Counted from the first letter of the whole stretch, positions 39,777 to 52,515 are shown. The stretch is DNA of 63,283 nucleotides, filler included, from 5 parts of 5 records of this genome joined end to end with filler, not necessarily neighbours in it, one strand, 5' to 3'. Translations and numbers: made by a program. The notes: generated from the letters alone by a model not told the origin.

Positions 39777-40775
39777 ATGACCAGACCGCTGATTGACAAA
39801 TATGGCCGCCATGTATCGTACCTTCGGGTATCGGTGACGGATCGCTGTGACTTCCGCTGCACCTATTGCATGGCCGAAAGCATGATCTTTCTGCCAAAAT
39901 CCGAAGTCCTGACACTTGAAGAACTCGATCAGCTCTGTTCGGCCTTCATTGCGCGCGGTGTACGCAAACTGCGCTTGACCGGGGGCGAGCCACTGGTGCG
40001 CCGTGGCATCATGGACCTGATCAGGGATTTGTCGCGTCATCTTAAATCCGGTGCGCTTGACGAACTTACCATGACGACCAATGGCAGCCAGCTTGCGACC
40101 TACGCCGATGATCTGGCACGTCTTGGCGTCAAACGGCTCAACATCTCGCTTGATAGCCTTGATCATCAGAAATTCGCCGAAATCACCCGCCGTGGCCGCC
40201 TTGAACAAGTACTAAGCGGGCTTGAAGCTGCCAAACAGGCGGGGCTCAAGATCAAGATCAACACGGTCGCCCTTCGCAATTTCAACGAAGACGAAATTTC
40301 CCGTCTTGTCGCCTGGTGCGGCAAGGAAGGCTTTGATCTTTGCCTGATTGAAACCATGCCGCTTGGCGATATTGACGGGGATCGCACCGATCAATATCTG
40401 CCGCTGACCGCCGTTCGTGAACGGCTGGAACAGGAATATACCTTGGTACCCAGCAACCATGTCACCCCCGGCCCGGCACGCTATGTCACGGTTGCCGAAA
40501 CCGGCGGGCGTCTTGGTTTCATAACACCGCTTACCCATAATTTCTGTGAGGGCTGCAACCGCGTGCGCGTGACCTGTACCGGTACGCTTTACATGTGCCT
40601 TGGTCAGGAAGACCACGTTGATCTGCGCGCGGCCCTCCGCTCGGGCGCGCCCGAAACCCTTGACCGTCTACTTGACGAAGCCATGCTGCTGAAACCCAAG
40701 GGTCATGATTTCGTCATCGACCGCAAGGGCCAGAAACCTGCAGTCGGTCGCCATATGAGCATGACGGGCGGCTGA
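39777..40775 (+). CDS. moaA: GTP 3',8-cyclase (molybdenum cofactor biosynthesis)
   Basis: [24 protein letters not shown]-terminal GG. Confidence 0.97.
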   Translation: MTRPLIDKYGRHVSYLRVSVTDRCDFRCTYCMAESMIFLPKSEVLTLEELDQLCSAFIARGVRKLRLTGGEPLVRRGIMDLIRDLSRHLKSGALDELTMTTNGSQLATYADDLARLGVKRLNISLDSLDHQKFAEITRRGRLEQVLSGLEAAKQAGLKIKINTVALRNFNEDEISRLVAWCGKEGFDLCLIETMPLGDIDGDRTDQYLPLTAVRERLEQEYTLVPSNHVTPGPARYVTVAETGGRLGFITPLTHNFCEGCNRVRVTCTGTLYMCLGQEDHVDLRAALRSGAPETLDRLLDEAMLLKPKGHDFVIDRKGQKPAVGRHMSMTGG

Positions 40776-40810
40776 TCCGAACATCACCCCATTCCAGTTA
40801 CAGGCATAAA

Positions 40811-41947
40811 ATGAACATTCTGATTGTCGGCGGCGGCATCGCCGGTTTGTCTGCGGCCATTGCCCTGCAAGGCGACGGACATGACATTACGATTGCCGAA
40901 ACCCTTGATGGCTGGAAACCGGCCGGGGCAGGGTTGCACCTGCCCGGCAATGCGGTGACGGCCCTTCGGGACCTTGGCATTGATCAGGATGTTGCCGACA
41001 AATCCTGTGCCTTTCCAAGGCTTGATTATTTCGATCATCGTGACCGAAAACTGTTTGCGCTTGAAACCGAACAGCTCGGCTGGCCGACATTTCAGGCCCT
41101 GACCCGCAGCGACTTTCACGAAATCCTGTGCGCCAGACTAACAACACCGACCATCCGGTTTGGTCTTTCCGTATCCGACATCAGTAACGCACCCGATCAG
41201 GCACAGGTTCGTTTTACCGACGGCACGACCGGCAGCTTTGATCTTGTGATCGGTGCGGACGGGATCAATTCAGCCGTTCGACGCCTGGTTTTTGGCCCGG
41301 AACATGTCCCGCAGCCGACTGGTTATATCTGCTGGCGCTGGATCACGGATTATCCCTTCGGCCTGACAGCGCCCAAATTCATCATCGGTCACGGGCAGGT
41401 TATTCTGCTGATGCCGTTGGGTGATAGCCGGTTTTATATCTATGCCAGCACCTATGATCCGGGCGAAAGAATACACGACTTGCCGACAAGCGAACTTGCC
41501 GCGCATTTTGCCCGGTTTGATGGATCGGTGTGCGATATGCTAGGCACAATCGGAACGGACACCGTCATTCACGAAGGCCGTCTTCAGCAAATGGTCATGC
41601 CCGAATGGGTTGCGGGGCGTGTGGTACTGATCGGGGATGCGGCACATGGCACCCTTCCGACCATGGCACAGGGGGCAACGCAATCGATCAAGGATGGCTT
41701 GGCACTGGCCAATGCCCTTCACAAACAACCCGACATCACAATCGCGCTTGCCGACTGGCAGGCCGCCCGACTGCCCGAAGCACACTGGGTCCAGCAACAA
41801 TCCCTGCAACGCATGGGTTTCGCCAAAATCCGCGGCAAGACCGGTGTCTGGTTGCGCAATACCCTTATGCGCAGGATCGGCCCAAAGATTGTTGCATCGG
41901 GCTTCCGTCCGCTGATTGACGGCACGGCAGGCAACCGCAAGGACTAG
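40811..41947 (+). CDS. FAD-dependent monooxygenase
   Basis: GGGIAG, GADGINS, LIGDAAH, QGA. Confidence 0.9.
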   Translation: MNILIVGGGIAGLSAAIALQGDGHDITIAETLDGWKPAGAGLHLPGNAVTALRDLGIDQDVADKSCAFPRLDYFDHRDRKLFALETEQLGWPTFQALTRSDFHEILCARLTTPTIRFGLSVSDISNAPDQAQVRFTDGTTGSFDLVIGADGINSAVRRLVFGPEHVPQPTGYICWRWITDYPFGLTAPKFIIGHGQVILLMPLGDSRFYIYASTYDPGERIHDLPTSELAAHFARFDGSVCDMLGTIGTDTVIHEGRLQQMVMPEWVAGRVVLIGDAAHGTLPTMAQGATQSIKDGLALANALHKQPDITIALADWQAARLPEAHWVQQQSLQRMGFAKIRGKTGVWLRNTLMRRIGPKIVASGFRPLIDGTAGNRKD

Positions 41948-42414
41948 GTGAACGCCTTTCGGACCTGCTCGATTGCCGTCATCGCGACGGCATGGCTTTC
42001 CGCCGCCAGCAGATGAGCAGGGCAACGCGCGCAATCCGAACTGCCAAACCCGGCAATCGGAATGGAAATGCCCGGCACCATACCCAAAGCAGCACGCAAA
42101 TCGCATTCACACCCATCGGGCATGACAAGCATCGCAACCACGTGCCCGGTGCCGTTGGTCAGTTCATCGACATGCCAATGCTGTTTTTTCTCCGTCCGGC
42201 AATGACGTTTGACACGGGCCGCAATGCCACCCGATCCGTTGGCAGAACCGCAATAAAGATAAGTGCCCCGGCGCAGGATGGCCCCGGCGAAGCGTTTGTT
42301 CCGTAAAACCAGATCAGCAGAAAGATCAATCACGAGAATGTAGGCTCCGGCAACTTTGGGAAGCTGCCGGAGGGTTTCATTATTTATGTCAGCAACAAGC
42401 TGCGTCAAAGTCAC
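41944..42414 (-). CDS. DUF123 / GIY-YIG (Uri) superfamily nuclease
   Basis: GAYIL, YLYCGSA, RVKRH, HWHVD, GFGSSDC..C.AHL. Confidence 0.78.
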   Translation of the reverse strand: MTLTQLVADINNETLRQLPKVAGAYILVIDLSADLVLRNKRFAGAILRRGTYLYCGSANGSGGIAARVKRHCRTEKKQHWHVDELTNGTGHVVAMLVMPDGCECDLRAALGMVPGISIPIAGFGSSDCARCPAHLLAAESHAVAMTAIEQVRKAFT

Positions 42415-42926
42415 AGCAGCAGATCAACCGAAAGACCGGGGCCGCGCGTGCCATTGGCAAGCACGGGTTCACAATCCTCGTTGATCCGTGACGCGATGCG
42501 CTGTCGCAAAGCACTGAAACGTTCCGACGTCACGACATCAACAGGCTGATCCAGATGAACCTCGATCCGGTAAACACCGCCAACCGGGGTTCTGGTGACA
42601 CCGCGGATTTGGCCGCACACCGCATGGCCGAGATAGGACCCGGCAAAGCGTTTGCCGATACCAAGATCGGCAATCCGGACCGGTTCGCGTTTGCGCGTCA
42701 TGGCAATCGCGGTGTTCCAGTCACGAAATCCGTGGCTTTGCGCCAGAAGCTCCAGGCTTCCGGTGTGGGAAACCGTCATCTTGCGGCTGGCCAGTGCCTT
42801 GCGCAGGCGCTTTGCCTGCTGCTTAAGTATTTCCGCCGGATCGCCCGATGCGATTATCGCAAAATCGGCAAGCTCGACCGGTGTCTGTTCAGGCTTTTCG
42901 GGCGGGTTATGAACGGGTTGGGTCAT
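42411..42926 (-). CDS. Glyoxalase-superfamily (Glyoxalase_8-type N-domain) protein
   Basis: LKQQAKRLR...SHTGSLELLAQSHGFRDWNT; AGGAG RBS before the ATG at 42926. Confidence 0.7.
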   Translation of the reverse strand: MTQPVHNPPEKPEQTPVELADFAIIASGDPAEILKQQAKRLRKALASRKMTVSHTGSLELLAQSHGFRDWNTAIAMTRKREPVRIADLGIGKRFAGSYLGHAVCGQIRGVTRTPVGGVYRIEVHLDQPVDVVTSERFSALRQRIASRINEDCEPVLANGTRGPGLSVDLLL

Positions 42927-43255
42927 TTTCGTCTCCTGACAGGAGGCCGGGTGTCCGCATTGCCGGTCCGACGTCACAAGAAGACGGGGAACCGATAAAA
43001 TCGTCTGCATCACTTTACCATGAGCCAAAGCCCCGCGAACGGCCGGTGTGTGCAACCGCGCATTTCGTAGCGCAATGTGCCGCAAAACACAAGCACCACC
43101 ATATCTTTGACCGCGCGAAGCGCATTACCGCTTGCAGAAATTGACAGCCCCTACAGGGACAACATATACCAGAATTAACAAATATCGCCGGGCACCCGGA
43201 TGAATGCGCCAAACAGGGCGCAAGGGTATTCGACCAATTATAAGGAATTAGCGCC

Positions 43256-43489
43256 ATGGCCATGGAAGCCCACGAAATCGAAACGATGATCAAGGAAGCC
43301 CTTCCCGATGCACAGGTCCGCATCGAGGACCTTCGCGGTGATGGCGATCATTATGCGGCAATCGTTGTGTCCGAGTCCTTCCGCGGTAAAACCCGCGTGA
43401 TGCAGCACCAGATGATCTATTCGGCCCTCAAAGGCAAAATGGGCGGTGACCTGCACGCCCTTGCGCTTCAGACTTCCGCACCGGAATAA
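43256..43489 (+). CDS. bolA: BolA family protein
   Basis: GDGDHY, FRGKTRVMQHQMIY, LHALALQT. Confidence 0.92.
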   Translation: MAMEAHEIETMIKEALPDAQVRIEDLRGDGDHYAAIVVSESFRGKTRVMQHQMIYSALKGKMGGDLHALALQTSAPE

Positions 43490-43728
43490 GTTCCGGCCGC
43501 ACGCACGGGACCGCCTTGCGTTTGCCACCATCCTTGCAAGGCCGCCAGAAAATTACGGGCACCGATCAGCTTCGGTGCCCTTGATAATTCCCGACCCAGA
43601 CCAGAATGACTACCCGTATTCGAACCCGGATCAATATCCGGGTTTCCGCTCCGGTTCAGGCTTGAATATCGTTCCGCCCATCGGGCACCTGCCGTTTGGC
43701 CCCACAAAATGACCATGGTTCAATAACG

Positions 43729-44637
43729 ATGTCCTCATCCCAAAAACCGGCTTTGATCGGTGCCGGACCGCTAGCGGGGCTTGGTGCCTTTGTCATCTGG
43801 GGCTTTCTGGGCTTCTATTTCAAAATCATCGATTTCGCGAGCCCGTTTGAAATTCTCGCCCATCGCATCCTATGGTCGGCGATCCTGACATTGACACTGG
43901 TTTTTGTCCTGAAACGTCGTGCGCGATTGTGGGACCTGCTGTCGTCTAGGCGCACCATGGGACTGTTATTCATAAGCAGCCTGCTGATCGCCGGGAACTG
44001 GGTGATCTATATCTGGTCGGTTCATATCGGACATGCGCTTGAAGCCAGCCTTGGCTATTACATCATGCCGCTGATCATGCTGATCCTTGGTCGCATCTTC
44101 TTTGGCGAGAAGCTTAATCGCATTCAGATCGTCTCGGTACTGATCTGCTTTGCCGGGGTTCTGAACCTTCTGGTGTTTTTCGGATCACTGCCGTGGATTG
44201 CGCTTAGCCTGTCGTTGCTGTTCGGCTTTTATGGCGTCATCCGCAAATTTGTTCCGGCCGATCCGATTGCCGGTCTGTTTGTCGAATGCCTGCTGCTGTC
44301 GCCGGTGGCATTTGGCTATCTGGTCTGGCTGAATGCATCGGGCACCATGGCCTTCACCAATCTGGGGATTGGCCATGATGCCCTGCTGGTGTCGCTGGGC
44401 GCTGTCACAACCATTCCGCTGGTGCTGTTTGCCTTTGCTGCCCGGAACATGAAATTTTCCGCGCTTGGCCTGATGCAGTATCTGAATCCGACGATCCAGT
44501 TCTTTGTTGCGGTTCTCTTGCTCGGCGAAACTTTTACCCAGGCGCATATGATAACTTACGCGCTGGTCTGGATCGGACTTGGCATTTTCACCTGGGATAA
44601 TTTGCGGACTGCACGGCAATTACGCCGCAAGAGTTGA
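43729..44637 (+). CDS. rarD: EamA-family transporter RarD
   Basis: EILAHRILWS, EASLGYYI, GLMQYLNPT. Confidence 0.9.
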   Translation: MSSSQKPALIGAGPLAGLGAFVIWGFLGFYFKIIDFASPFEILAHRILWSAILTLTLVFVLKRRARLWDLLSSRRTMGLLFISSLLIAGNWVIYIWSVHIGHALEASLGYYIMPLIMLILGRIFFGEKLNRIQIVSVLICFAGVLNLLVFFGSLPWIALSLSLLFGFYGVIRKFVPADPIAGLFVECLLLSPVAFGYLVWLNASGTMAFTNLGIGHDALLVSLGAVTTIPLVLFAFAARNMKFSALGLMQYLNPTIQFFVAVLLLGETFTQAHMITYALVWIGLGIFTWDNLRTARQLRRKS

Positions 44638-44734
44638 CAGAACCGCCCCTTCCAGCCATATCTTCGGCCATAAAACCATAACCTGAAATATCGCGGCAGA
44701 GAGATCGCCGCCTTTGCAGCCAAGGACAACCAAC

Positions 44735-44931
44735 ATGACCGACAATCCGGTTTTTGATCGCATCCAGAAAGACATCAACGACAACGACGTCGTTCTGTTC
44801 ATGAAGGGCACCTCGATGTTCCCGCAATGCGGTTTCTCGGCCGCAGTCGTTCAGGTCCTTGCCGAACTCGGCGCGCCTTTCAAGGACATCAACGTTCTGG
44901 TCGACCCGGCAATCCGTCAGGGCATCAAGGA
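44735..44931 (+). CDS. grxD: Monothiol glutaredoxin Grx4, 3' truncated
   Basis: VLFMKGT..FPQCGFS. Confidence 0.92.
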
Positions 44932-45031
44932 NNNNNNNNNNNNNNNNNNNNNNNNNNNNNNNNNNNNNNNNNNNNTTAATTAATTAANNNNNNNNNNNNN
45001 NNNNNNNNNNNNNNNNNNNNNNNNNNNNNNN
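44932..45031. other. Artificial contig linker
   Basis: 44 N + TTAATTAATTAA + 44 N. Confidence 0.98.
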
Positions 45032-45391
45032 GCGGTCCTTGCCGGCCTTGTCCTTGAACTGGGTCATCCGGTTCATCCAGCCGATCCGGGCGACGCAGTT
45101 GAAAATCCAGGCCAGCTCGGCATGCTGCGGCACGGCAGACTGATTGAACACGATGTGCTTTTCGGGGTCGATACCAGACGCCAGATAGGCGGCGGTAATC
45201 GCGCGGGTCTGTCCCTTCAGGTCCTCATGGACAAGCTGGGCGGTGATCGAATGCATGTCGACCACGCAATAGATGCAGTCCATCTTGTCCTGAAGCGCCA
45301 CGAACTTCCGGAGCGCGCCCAGATAATTGCCGAGATGCAGATTGCCGGTCGGCTGGACGCCGGAGAAGATTTGCGGCTTGAATTCACTCAT
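45032..45391 (-). CDS. trpS: Tryptophan--tRNA ligase, 3' truncated
   Basis: [25 protein letters not shown]. Confidence 0.95.
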
Positions 45392-45485
45392 GTCATTTCT
45401 CTTTCGGACGGGTGGAGGGCCCGGTTGGTTGGACTTTGCTGGCAGCGCTTATGCACCGCAGCGCGCAGCGCGTCAAACGGAGAAC

Positions 45486-47045
45486 TCAGCGGCGTTTGAC
45501 AAGCCGTTTGATCAGCGTCCGGTTGACGCCGCCAGTGACAAGCACGAGGCCGAAATAGACCGCCATGGCAATCGCGAGCAGGATCAGAACGCCGCCGAGC
45601 TGCTGCAGGAAAGGCGCACCCGGCGCAAACCAGGCCGACAGTTTCACCGCCGTGAATTTTACCGCCGCCGCCATCGCCGCCGCACTCATAACGATCAGCG
45701 GCACCCGGCGCACCAGCAGGCTATCGAACTTCAACTGGCCGGATATCAGCAGCGTGGTCGCCAGCAGCACCACATTGGTCCAGCCCGACACGACTTCGGC
45801 CAGCGCGATACCGCGTTCGGCGAGGATCGGAAACAGCGAGATCGCCAGAACCGAATTGATCGCCACGGCAATCATCGTGAAACGCATCGGCAGCTTGGTG
45901 TTTTCACGCGCATAAAAGGCCGGTTGCAGCGCCTTGGTGAGCGCGAAGGCCGGCAGCCCGAAGGCGTAGACCGTCATGATCGCGGCCACCAGCGTCGTGG
46001 TCTCGGGGGTAAAGGCGCCGCGCTCATAAAGCACGCGGGTGATCTCGGTCGAGATCATCATCAGCCCGAACGCCGCCGGAACGGTGAGGAAAAGCACAAA
46101 CTCGATGGTGCGGTTCTGAATATGCCCGGCCTCGGAAAAATTGCCGGCCTTCAGCGCGCGCGACAGTTCCGGCAGCAGCACCACGCCACCCGCAACGCCA
46201 ACGACGCCGAGAGGAAGCTGATAGAGCCGATCGGCATATTGCAGCGACGAGATCGCGCCATCCTTGCCGGACGCCACCGCCTGACCGATCAGCTGATTGA
46301 TCTGGATGACGCCGCCTGTGATCGCCGCCGGCACGGCCAGCGCCACCAGCCGCCTGATCTTCGGCGTGATCTTCGGCCACCGGAAGGTGAAGCGGATTCC
46401 GGCGCGCCGCACATCGAACCAGACGACGGCGAGTTGGATGATACCTGCGCCAAGCACCCCCCAGGACAGATATTCCGCCATCATCACGGGATCCGCGCTG
46501 ACCCAGACGCCGTAGCCAAGAACGGCGATCAGCACCACATTGAGAAACACCGGCGCGATCGCCGCGGCGAAATAGCGGTGCAGCGAGTTCAGCATCCCGC
46601 TCATCATCGCCATCAGCGACATGCAGATCAGATAGGGAAACATCACCGATGACAGCCGCACCGTCATCTCGAATTTCTCGGCGTCGTCGGCAAAGCCCGG
46701 CGCGATGACGAAGCGCACGATCAGCGGCATCGCCAGTTCCATCGCCACGGTGATGAGAAACAGCGCCGTGAACAACACGCCGAAAACCTGCTCGGAAAAG
46801 CGCTTGGCGCCGTCGATCCCGCTTTCCTCGATCTCTTTCGAGAACAGCGGCACGAAGGCGGCGTTGAACGCGCCTTCGGCAAACAGCCGCCGGAACAGGT
46901 TGGGAAAGCGGAAGGCGGCGTAGAACACGTCGGCCATCGGGCCGTTGCCGAGCGCCGCCGCCATCATGGTTTCGCGCGCAAAGCCGAACAGCCGGCTTGC
47001 AAACGTCGCGCCGCCAACGGTGGCGAACTTGCCGACGAGGCTCAT
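45486..47045 (-). CDS. murJ: Lipid II flippase
   Basis: [34 protein letters not shown]. Confidence 0.95.
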   Translation of the reverse strand: MSLVGKFATVGGATFASRLFGFARETMMAAALGNGPMADVFYAAFRFPNLFRRLFAEGAFNAAFVPLFSKEIEESGIDGAKRFSEQVFGVLFTALFLITVAMELAMPLIVRFVIAPGFADDAEKFEMTVRLSSVMFPYLICMSLMAMMSGMLNSLHRYFAAAIAPVFLNVVLIAVLGYGVWVSADPVMMAEYLSWGVLGAGIIQLAVVWFDVRRAGIRFTFRWPKITPKIRRLVALAVPAAITGGVIQINQLIGQAVASGKDGAISSLQYADRLYQLPLGVVGVAGGVVLLPELSRALKAGNFSEAGHIQNRTIEFVLFLTVPAAFGLMMISTEITRVLYERGAFTPETTTLVAAIMTVYAFGLPAFALTKALQPAFYARENTKLPMRFTMIAVAINSVLAISLFPILAERGIALAEVVSGWTNVVLLATTLLISGQLKFDSLLVRRVPLIVMSAAAMAAAVKFTAVKLSAWFAPGAPFLQQLGGVLILLAIAMAVYFGLVLVTGGVNRTLIKRLVKRR

Positions 47046-49966
47046 TTGTCGCGCCCGTCCTTTGCATCGACGCGCCGGGCCCGCGTACCGTTTTCGGCCG
47101 GCAGCAGCATGCCCGGCGGCATGCCCTTGCGGTAGTCGTCGCCCTTGTCCTCGAGCACGGCCTTCATCCTTTCGACGATCGCAGCCTGCCGGCTTTCACT
47201 GGTGATCTTCGCGCCGATCAGATCGGTCACGTAGAAACTGTCGATCACCTTCTCGCCGAATGTTGTGATCCGCGCGGTCTGGATATCGAGCGAAAGCTCC
47301 GACAGCGTCTGGGTCACATCGGCCAGCAGGCCGGTGCGGTCGAGGCACTCGATCTCGATGACGGTGAAGATGTTGGAGAGCTTGTTGGAAACGGAGACAT
47401 GGGTCGGCACCGAAAATGGCCGCACCGAACGGCGCTCGCGCTTGCGCGCCGCGATCAGCTCGTTGAGGTGCTTGCGGCCGGCAAGCAGGTCCTCGATCAG
47501 CTTGCCGATGGTGTTTGCGCGCCGCAATTCATCGGCGTCATCGTCAAACGCCCGGTTCAGGAGGATGGTGTCGAGCGCGCGGCCGTCGGTGGTCGTGAAT
47601 ATCTGGGCATCGGCAATGTTCGCGCCGGTCGCAGCGCAGGCGCCGGCGATGATCGACAGCAAACGCGGATGATCGGGCGCCAGCAGCGTGATTTCGGTAA
47701 TATCGTGAAACGCATTGGTGCGCACCATTGTCGAGAACAAGTGCCGCGCCTTGTCGGCCTCGCGGATGAAACGGGCATGGCGGACCTGATCTTCCAGCGG
47801 CACCGAGAGAAGATAGTTCTGGTAATGCAGATTGGCATATTTGTGCCGTGCGGCATCTTCCCAGCCGGTAAGTGAATCCTCCAGCACCTCGATCGCGCGC
47901 TCGGTTCGCGCCTTGCGGGAAACCGCCGAGAAACCGCCGGACAGCAGGATCTCGGTTTCGTAATAGAGCGTGCGCAGCAACTGCCCCTTCCAGCCGTTCC
48001 AAACATCGGGCCCGACGGCGCGGATATCGCAGACGGTGAGGATCAGCAGGAGGTTGAGCTGGTCGAGCGACTGGACCTTGTCGACGAAATCGACCACGGT
48101 CTTGCGGTCGTTGAGGTCGCGCGTCTGTGAGGTCATCGACATCAGCAGGTGATATTCGATCAGCCAGGCGACGAGTTCGGTCTGCTTTGCCGTCATTCCG
48201 AAGCGCGGGCACAGCTTGCGCGCAACCCGGGCGCCGGCGATCGAATGGTCTTCCTTGCGGCCCTTGGCGATATCGTGCAGCAGCACCGCGACGTAAAGCA
48301 CGGTCCGGTCCTCGACCGACTGGATCAGCCTTGCGGCAAGCGGATGAAGCTCCGACTGCCCGCCGGCATTGTCGATCTCCGACAGCACGGCGACCGAGCG
48401 GATCAGATGCTCGTCGACCGTGAAATGATGATACATGTTGAACTGCATCATCGACACGATACGCCCGAATTCCGGGATGAACCGGCCAAGCACGCCGGCC
48501 TCGTTCATGCGCCTCAGATAAAGCGCCGGATCGTTGCGCGAGGTCAGGATCGACAGGAACAGCCGGTTGGCCTCCTCGTTTTCCCTCAGTTCGGCATTGA
48601 TCAGCGACAGCGAACGCGTCACCACCTTCAACGCGTCGGGATGGAATTCGAGGTCGTTGATCACCGCGACGTAGAAGAAGCGGATGAGGGCGACCGGGTC
48701 CTTCTTGAACACGTCCGGTTCAGCCAGCGCAATCCGGCCGCTGTCGGAGACGAATTCGAGCGAGCCCGGTATCTTGCGCTGGCGCTTGTAGAGCTTCGAC
48801 CAGACCACCTGCCCGATCGACGGCGAGGCCTTGGCCTGCTGCTCCTCAAGGTCGGAACAGAAGATGCGGGTCAGGTCGCCGACATCCTTGGCGACCAGAA
48901 AATAATGCTTCATGAACCTTTCGACCGCCGAAAGGCCGGGCCGGTCCTGATAGTCGAGGGCGGCGGCGATTTCGGCCTGGACGTCGAAGGACAGCCGTTC
49001 CTCGGCCTTGCCGGTCAGGAAATGCAGATGGCAGCGCACCGTCCACAGGAAATCCTCGGCCCGCAGGAACAGCTTCAGTTCCTGGCGCGACAGCACGCCC
49101 AGTTCCACAAGCTGGGAAGTGTCGCGCACCCGGTAGTAATATTTGGCGATCCAGAACAGCGTGTTGAGATCGCGCAAGCCGCCCTTGCCCTCCTTGACAT
49201 TGGGAACCACGAGATAGCGGGTATCGAAGGATTTCTGGTGACGCTGGTCGCGTTCGGCGAGCTTGGCGGCGATGAAATCCGGACCGGTATCGGCCACCAC
49301 CTCCTTGTCGAAACGCCGCTCCAGCGCATTGGCAAGCGCCTTGCGCCCGATGATGTAGCGCATTTCCAGGATCGAGGTGCGGATGGTCATGTCCGCCTTG
49401 GAAAGCTTGATGCACTCCGTCACGCTGCGGGTCGCATGGCCGACCTTCTGGCCCATATCCCAGAGCATGTAGAGAATATATTCGATCGCCTTCAGGGTGT
49501 CTTCCCGGTCGGAATCATCGATCAGGAACAGGAGGTCGATATCGGAGCCCGGCGCCAGCGTGTCACGTCCGTAGCCGCCGACGGCGGTGATCGCGAATTC
49601 CTTGCGGGTATCGGGGAAAATCGAGCGGGTGACGAGGTCATGCAGCGCGATCAGCATCTGGTCTTCGAGCCAAGAGATCCGCCGGGCGCATTCCAGCCCG
49701 CCGCCATCGGCCTTCAGCAGTTCGTAGGCACGATTGCGGCCTGCGGTATTGACTTCCTTCAAGCGCGCAAGGATCGCCTGGCGCACCGTATCCGCACTGC
49801 CGGCATGCCTGCGCGCGATCGCGCGCAGTTCGCTGCGCAGCGCCGAGGGCTCGAACACCTCCGTCATGGCATAGAGATCGGCCGGCGGCGCAGCACCCTT
49901 GACTGTCTGCTGCGCGGTACGCTCGCGCTGCTCTGGCCCGCGCTGTTCTGGCCTTCGTGTCTGCAT
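47042..49966 (-). CDS. glnD: [Protein-PII] uridylyltransferase
   Basis: [32 protein letters not shown], two ACT domains. Confidence 0.96.
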   Translation of the reverse strand: MQTRRPEQRGPEQRERTAQQTVKGAAPPADLYAMTEVFEPSALRSELRAIARRHAGSADTVRQAILARLKEVNTAGRNRAYELLKADGGGLECARRISWLEDQMLIALHDLVTRSIFPDTRKEFAITAVGGYGRDTLAPGSDIDLLFLIDDSDREDTLKAIEYILYMLWDMGQKVGHATRSVTECIKLSKADMTIRTSILEMRYIIGRKALANALERRFDKEVVADTGPDFIAAKLAERDQRHQKSFDTRYLVVPNVKEGKGGLRDLNTLFWIAKYYYRVRDTSQLVELGVLSRQELKLFLRAEDFLWTVRCHLHFLTGKAEERLSFDVQAEIAAALDYQDRPGLSAVERFMKHYFLVAKDVGDLTRIFCSDLEEQQAKASPSIGQVVWSKLYKRQRKIPGSLEFVSDSGRIALAEPDVFKKDPVALIRFFYVAVINDLEFHPDALKVVTRSLSLINAELRENEEANRLFLSILTSRNDPALYLRRMNEAGVLGRFIPEFGRIVSMMQFNMYHHFTVDEHLIRSVAVLSEIDNAGGQSELHPLAARLIQSVEDRTVLYVAVLLHDIAKGRKEDHSIAGARVARKLCPRFGMTAKQTELVAWLIEYHLLMSMTSQTRDLNDRKTVVDFVDKVQSLDQLNLLLILTVCDIRAVGPDVWNGWKGQLLRTLYYETEILLSGGFSAVSRKARTERAIEVLEDSLTGWEDAARHKYANLHYQNYLLSVPLEDQVRHARFIREADKARHLFSTMVRTNAFHDITEITLLAPDHPRLLSIIAGACAATGANIADAQIFTTTDGRALDTILLNRAFDDDADELRRANTIGKLIEDLLAGRKHLNELIAARKRERRSVRPFSVPTHVSVSNKLSNIFTVIEIECLDRTGLLADVTQTLSELSLDIQTARITTFGEKVIDSFYVTDLIGAKITSESRQAAIVERMKAVLEDKGDDYRKGMPPGMLLPAENGTRARRVDAKDGRDK

Positions 49967-50020
49967 AGACCTGCCTTTTCATCCGCGGTTCTCGCGCCGC
50001 CGGAGGTTTCTTAAAGCAAA

Positions 50021-52414
50021 TCACTCGCCAATGGAAACGGCATCATGCATTTTCCGCTTCAGGGCGTAGAGCGTTTCCAGCGCTTCGCGCGGCGTCATGT
50101 CGTCGGGCCGGATGTCGGCAAGCATGGCTTCGACCCCGGAGGTTCTGGGCGAGGGCTCGGGCGCGCGCATGGCGGACTGGAACAGCGGCAGGTCGTCGAT
50201 CAGGCTCGCCGCCGGGTTCTTGCGGTCGGCATCCTCCAGCCGCGTGAGAACGTTCTTCGCCCGCTTGACCACGGCCGCGGGCAGACCCGCGAGGCGAGCG
50301 ACCTGGATACCGTATGAGCGATCCGCCGCCCCCGGCCCGACCTCGTGCAGAAACACCACGTCGCCCTTCCATTCCTTGACCCGCATGGTCGCGTTCACCA
50401 GCCGCGAAAGCTTTTCGGAAAGCACGGTCAGCTCATGAAAATGGGTCGCGAACAGGCCCCGGCAGCAATTGACGTCGTGCAGATGCTCGACCGCCGCCCA
50501 GGCGATCGACAGCCCGTCGAAGGTCGCCGTGCCCCGGCCGATCTCATCGAGAATCACCAGCGAGCGAGGCCCGGCCTGATTGAGGATCGCCGCCGTCTCG
50601 ACCATCTCGACCATGAAGGTCGAACGCCCGCGCGCCAGATCGTCGGAGGCGCCGACCCGCGAAAACAGCCGGTCGACAATGCCGATATGCGCCTTGGCCG
50701 CAGGGACATAGGCCCCGATCTGGGCGAGGATCGCAATCAGCGCATTCTGGCGCAGGAAGGTCGATTTACCGCCCATATTGGGGCCGGTCAGAAGCCAGAG
50801 GCAGCCGCTTTCGCCGGTGACCGGTGACAGCGTGCAGTCATTGGCGACGAACGGGCCCGACGATTGCCGGCGCAGCGCCTGCTCGACCACGGGGTGACGT
50901 CCGCCCTCGATTTCGAACGCCGTCGTTTCGTCAACCAGCGGCCGGCAATAGGCCTCCGCCTCTGCCAGCACGGCAAAACCGGCCGAGACATCGAGGACGG
51001 CAAGCGCGAGCGCGCCCTTCTTCAGGCTCTCGGCAGCCGCCACGACATTGCGGCGCAGGGTTTCGAAGGTCTGGAGTTCGATCACCAGCGCCTCGCCGGC
51101 GGCATTGGCGATCCGGCTTTCGAGATCGGCAAGCTCGGCGGTGGTGAACCGCATCGCATTGGCCATGGTCTGGCGGTGGATGTACTTGGCCTTCGCCGCA
51201 TCGCCTTCGGTCAGCGCGCGGGCATTGCCGGCGGTGACCTCGATGAAATAGCCGAGCACGTTGTTGTGCTTGATCTTCAGCGCCTTGACGCCGGTCTCCT
51301 CGGCATATTGCGCCTGAAGCCCGGCAATCACGCGCCGCGACTTGTCGCGAAGCCCCCTTGCCTCATCAAGCGCATTATCAGCGCCTTCGCGCACGAAGCC
51401 GCCATCGCGCTTCAGCAGCGGCAACTCATCGGCAAGAGTGGCAGCGAGTTGCTGCTCGAGCTCGCGCGGCAGCGCCTGGAGCGATGCCAGTGCCGCTGCC
51501 AGTTCCGCCGGCAGTTCGGCGCCCGAAAGCACATCGGCAATCGAGCGGGCAACGGCAAGGCCGTTCTGGATCGCGCCGAGATCGCGCGGGCCACCGCGAT
51601 CGAGCGCCAGACGCGACAGCGCGCGCGGCATATCGGGAAGCTGCTTCAGGTGGTCGCGAACGGCATCCGAACGCGCCACATCGGCCAGAAAAAAACCCAC
51701 GGAATCCAGACGGGCGAGGATGATTTCAGGGTCAGTCAGCGGCGACATCAACCGTTCGCCGAGAAGGCGCGCGCCGCTGCCGGTGACCGTCCGGTCGACC
51801 GCCTTTAAGAGCGACCCGTCGCGTCCGCCCGCCATGGTGCGCACCAGTTCGAGATTGGCGCGGGTGGCGGGATCGATGAACATCGCGCTCGAAGCGCCGT
51901 CCTGCTCGGGAATGCCGAGCGGCGGACGCTCGTTGATCTGGGTCTTTTCGACATAGGCGACGGCGGCGGCGGCGGCGGAAAGCTCCGGCCGCGAAAACCG
52001 CCCGAAGCCATCGAGCGTGGCAACGCCGAAGAAGCGGCCGAGACGGTCCTGGGCGGTGGCGCCATCGAACAGCACGGCCGGCTGCGGAGAGACCGCGCGG
52101 CCTAGAAGATCGAAGACCGGGCGCAGTTTCTCATCGGAAAACACGGTGTCGGCAACGAGCAATTCGCGCGGCTCGACGCGCATGATATCGGCGGCGAGCC
52201 TGCCTTCGGAGGAAGCGCACACCCGAAAGACGCCGGTGGAGATATCGATCCAGGCCAGACCGTAATTGTTCTCCCCCTCGCCCTTCACCCGCGACATCGC
52301 CATCAGATAATTGCTTTCGCCGGGCGCAAGCAGCTTGTCCTCGGTGATCGTTCCTGCCGTCACCAGCCGGGTGACATCGCGCCGGACCACGGATTTCGAG
52401 CCGCGCTTCTTGGC
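50021..52414 (-). CDS. mutS: DNA mismatch repair protein MutS, 5' truncated
   Basis: [38 protein letters not shown]. Confidence 0.97.
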   Translation of the reverse strand, partial: AKKRGSKSVVRRDVTRLVTAGTITEDKLLAPGESNYLMAMSRVKGEGENNYGLAWIDISTGVFRVCASSEGRLAADIMRVEPRELLVADTVFSDEKLRPVFDLLGRAVSPQPAVLFDGATAQDRLGRFFGVATLDGFGRFSRPELSAAAAAVAYVEKTQINERPPLGIPEQDGASSAMFIDPATRANLELVRTMAGGRDGSLLKAVDRTVTGSGARLLGERLMSPLTDPEIILARLDSVGFFLADVARSDAVRDHLKQLPDMPRALSRLALDRGGPRDLGAIQNGLAVARSIADVLSGAELPAELAAALASLQALPRELEQQLAATLADELPLLKRDGGFVREGADNALDEARGLRDKSRRVIAGLQAQYAEETGVKALKIKHNNVLGYFIEVTAGNARALTEGDAAKAKYIHRQTMANAMRFTTAELADLESRIANAAGEALVIELQTFETLRRNVVAAAESLKKGALALAVLDVSAGFAVLAEAEAYCRPLVDETTAFEIEGGRHPVVEQALRRQSSGPFVANDCTLSPVTGESGCLWLLTGPNMGGKSTFLRQNALIAILAQIGAYVPAAKAHIGIVDRLFSRVGASDDLARGRSTFMVEMVETAAILNQAGPRSLVILDEIGRGTATFDGLSIAWAAVEHLHDVNCCRGLFATHFHELTVLSEKLSRLVNATMRVKEWKGDVVFLHEVGPGAADRSYGIQVARLAGLPAAVVKRAKNVLTRLEDADRKNPAASLIDDLPLFQSAMRAPEPSPRTSGVEAMLADIRPDDMTPREALETLYALKRKMHDAVSIGE

Positions 52415-52415
52415 C

Positions 52416-52515
52416 NNNNNNNNNNNNNNNNNNNNNNNNNNNNNNNNNNNNNNNNNNNNTTAATTAATTAANNNNNNNNNNNNNNNNNNNNNNNNNNNNN
52501 NNNNNNNNNNNNNNN
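52416..52515. other. Artificial contig linker
   Basis: 44 N + TTAATTAATTAA + 44 N. Confidence 0.98.

Noticed and set aside
45327-51956. Long plus-strand ORFs (441, 621, 314 aa) opposite murJ, glnD and mutS
   Set aside because: Antisense shadow ORFs typical of high-GC coding DNA; no recognisable motifs
45032-52415. mutS-glnD-murJ-trpS block as a novel system
   Set aside because: Ordinary Rhizobiales-type housekeeping synteny; the single VPNVKE versus usual EPNVKE change in GlnD is too little to interpret
28559-52515. Recurring TTAATTAATTAA palindrome within N runs; apparent bacterial-eukaryote HGT junctions
   Set aside because: Identical synthetic linkers between contigs, so not biology
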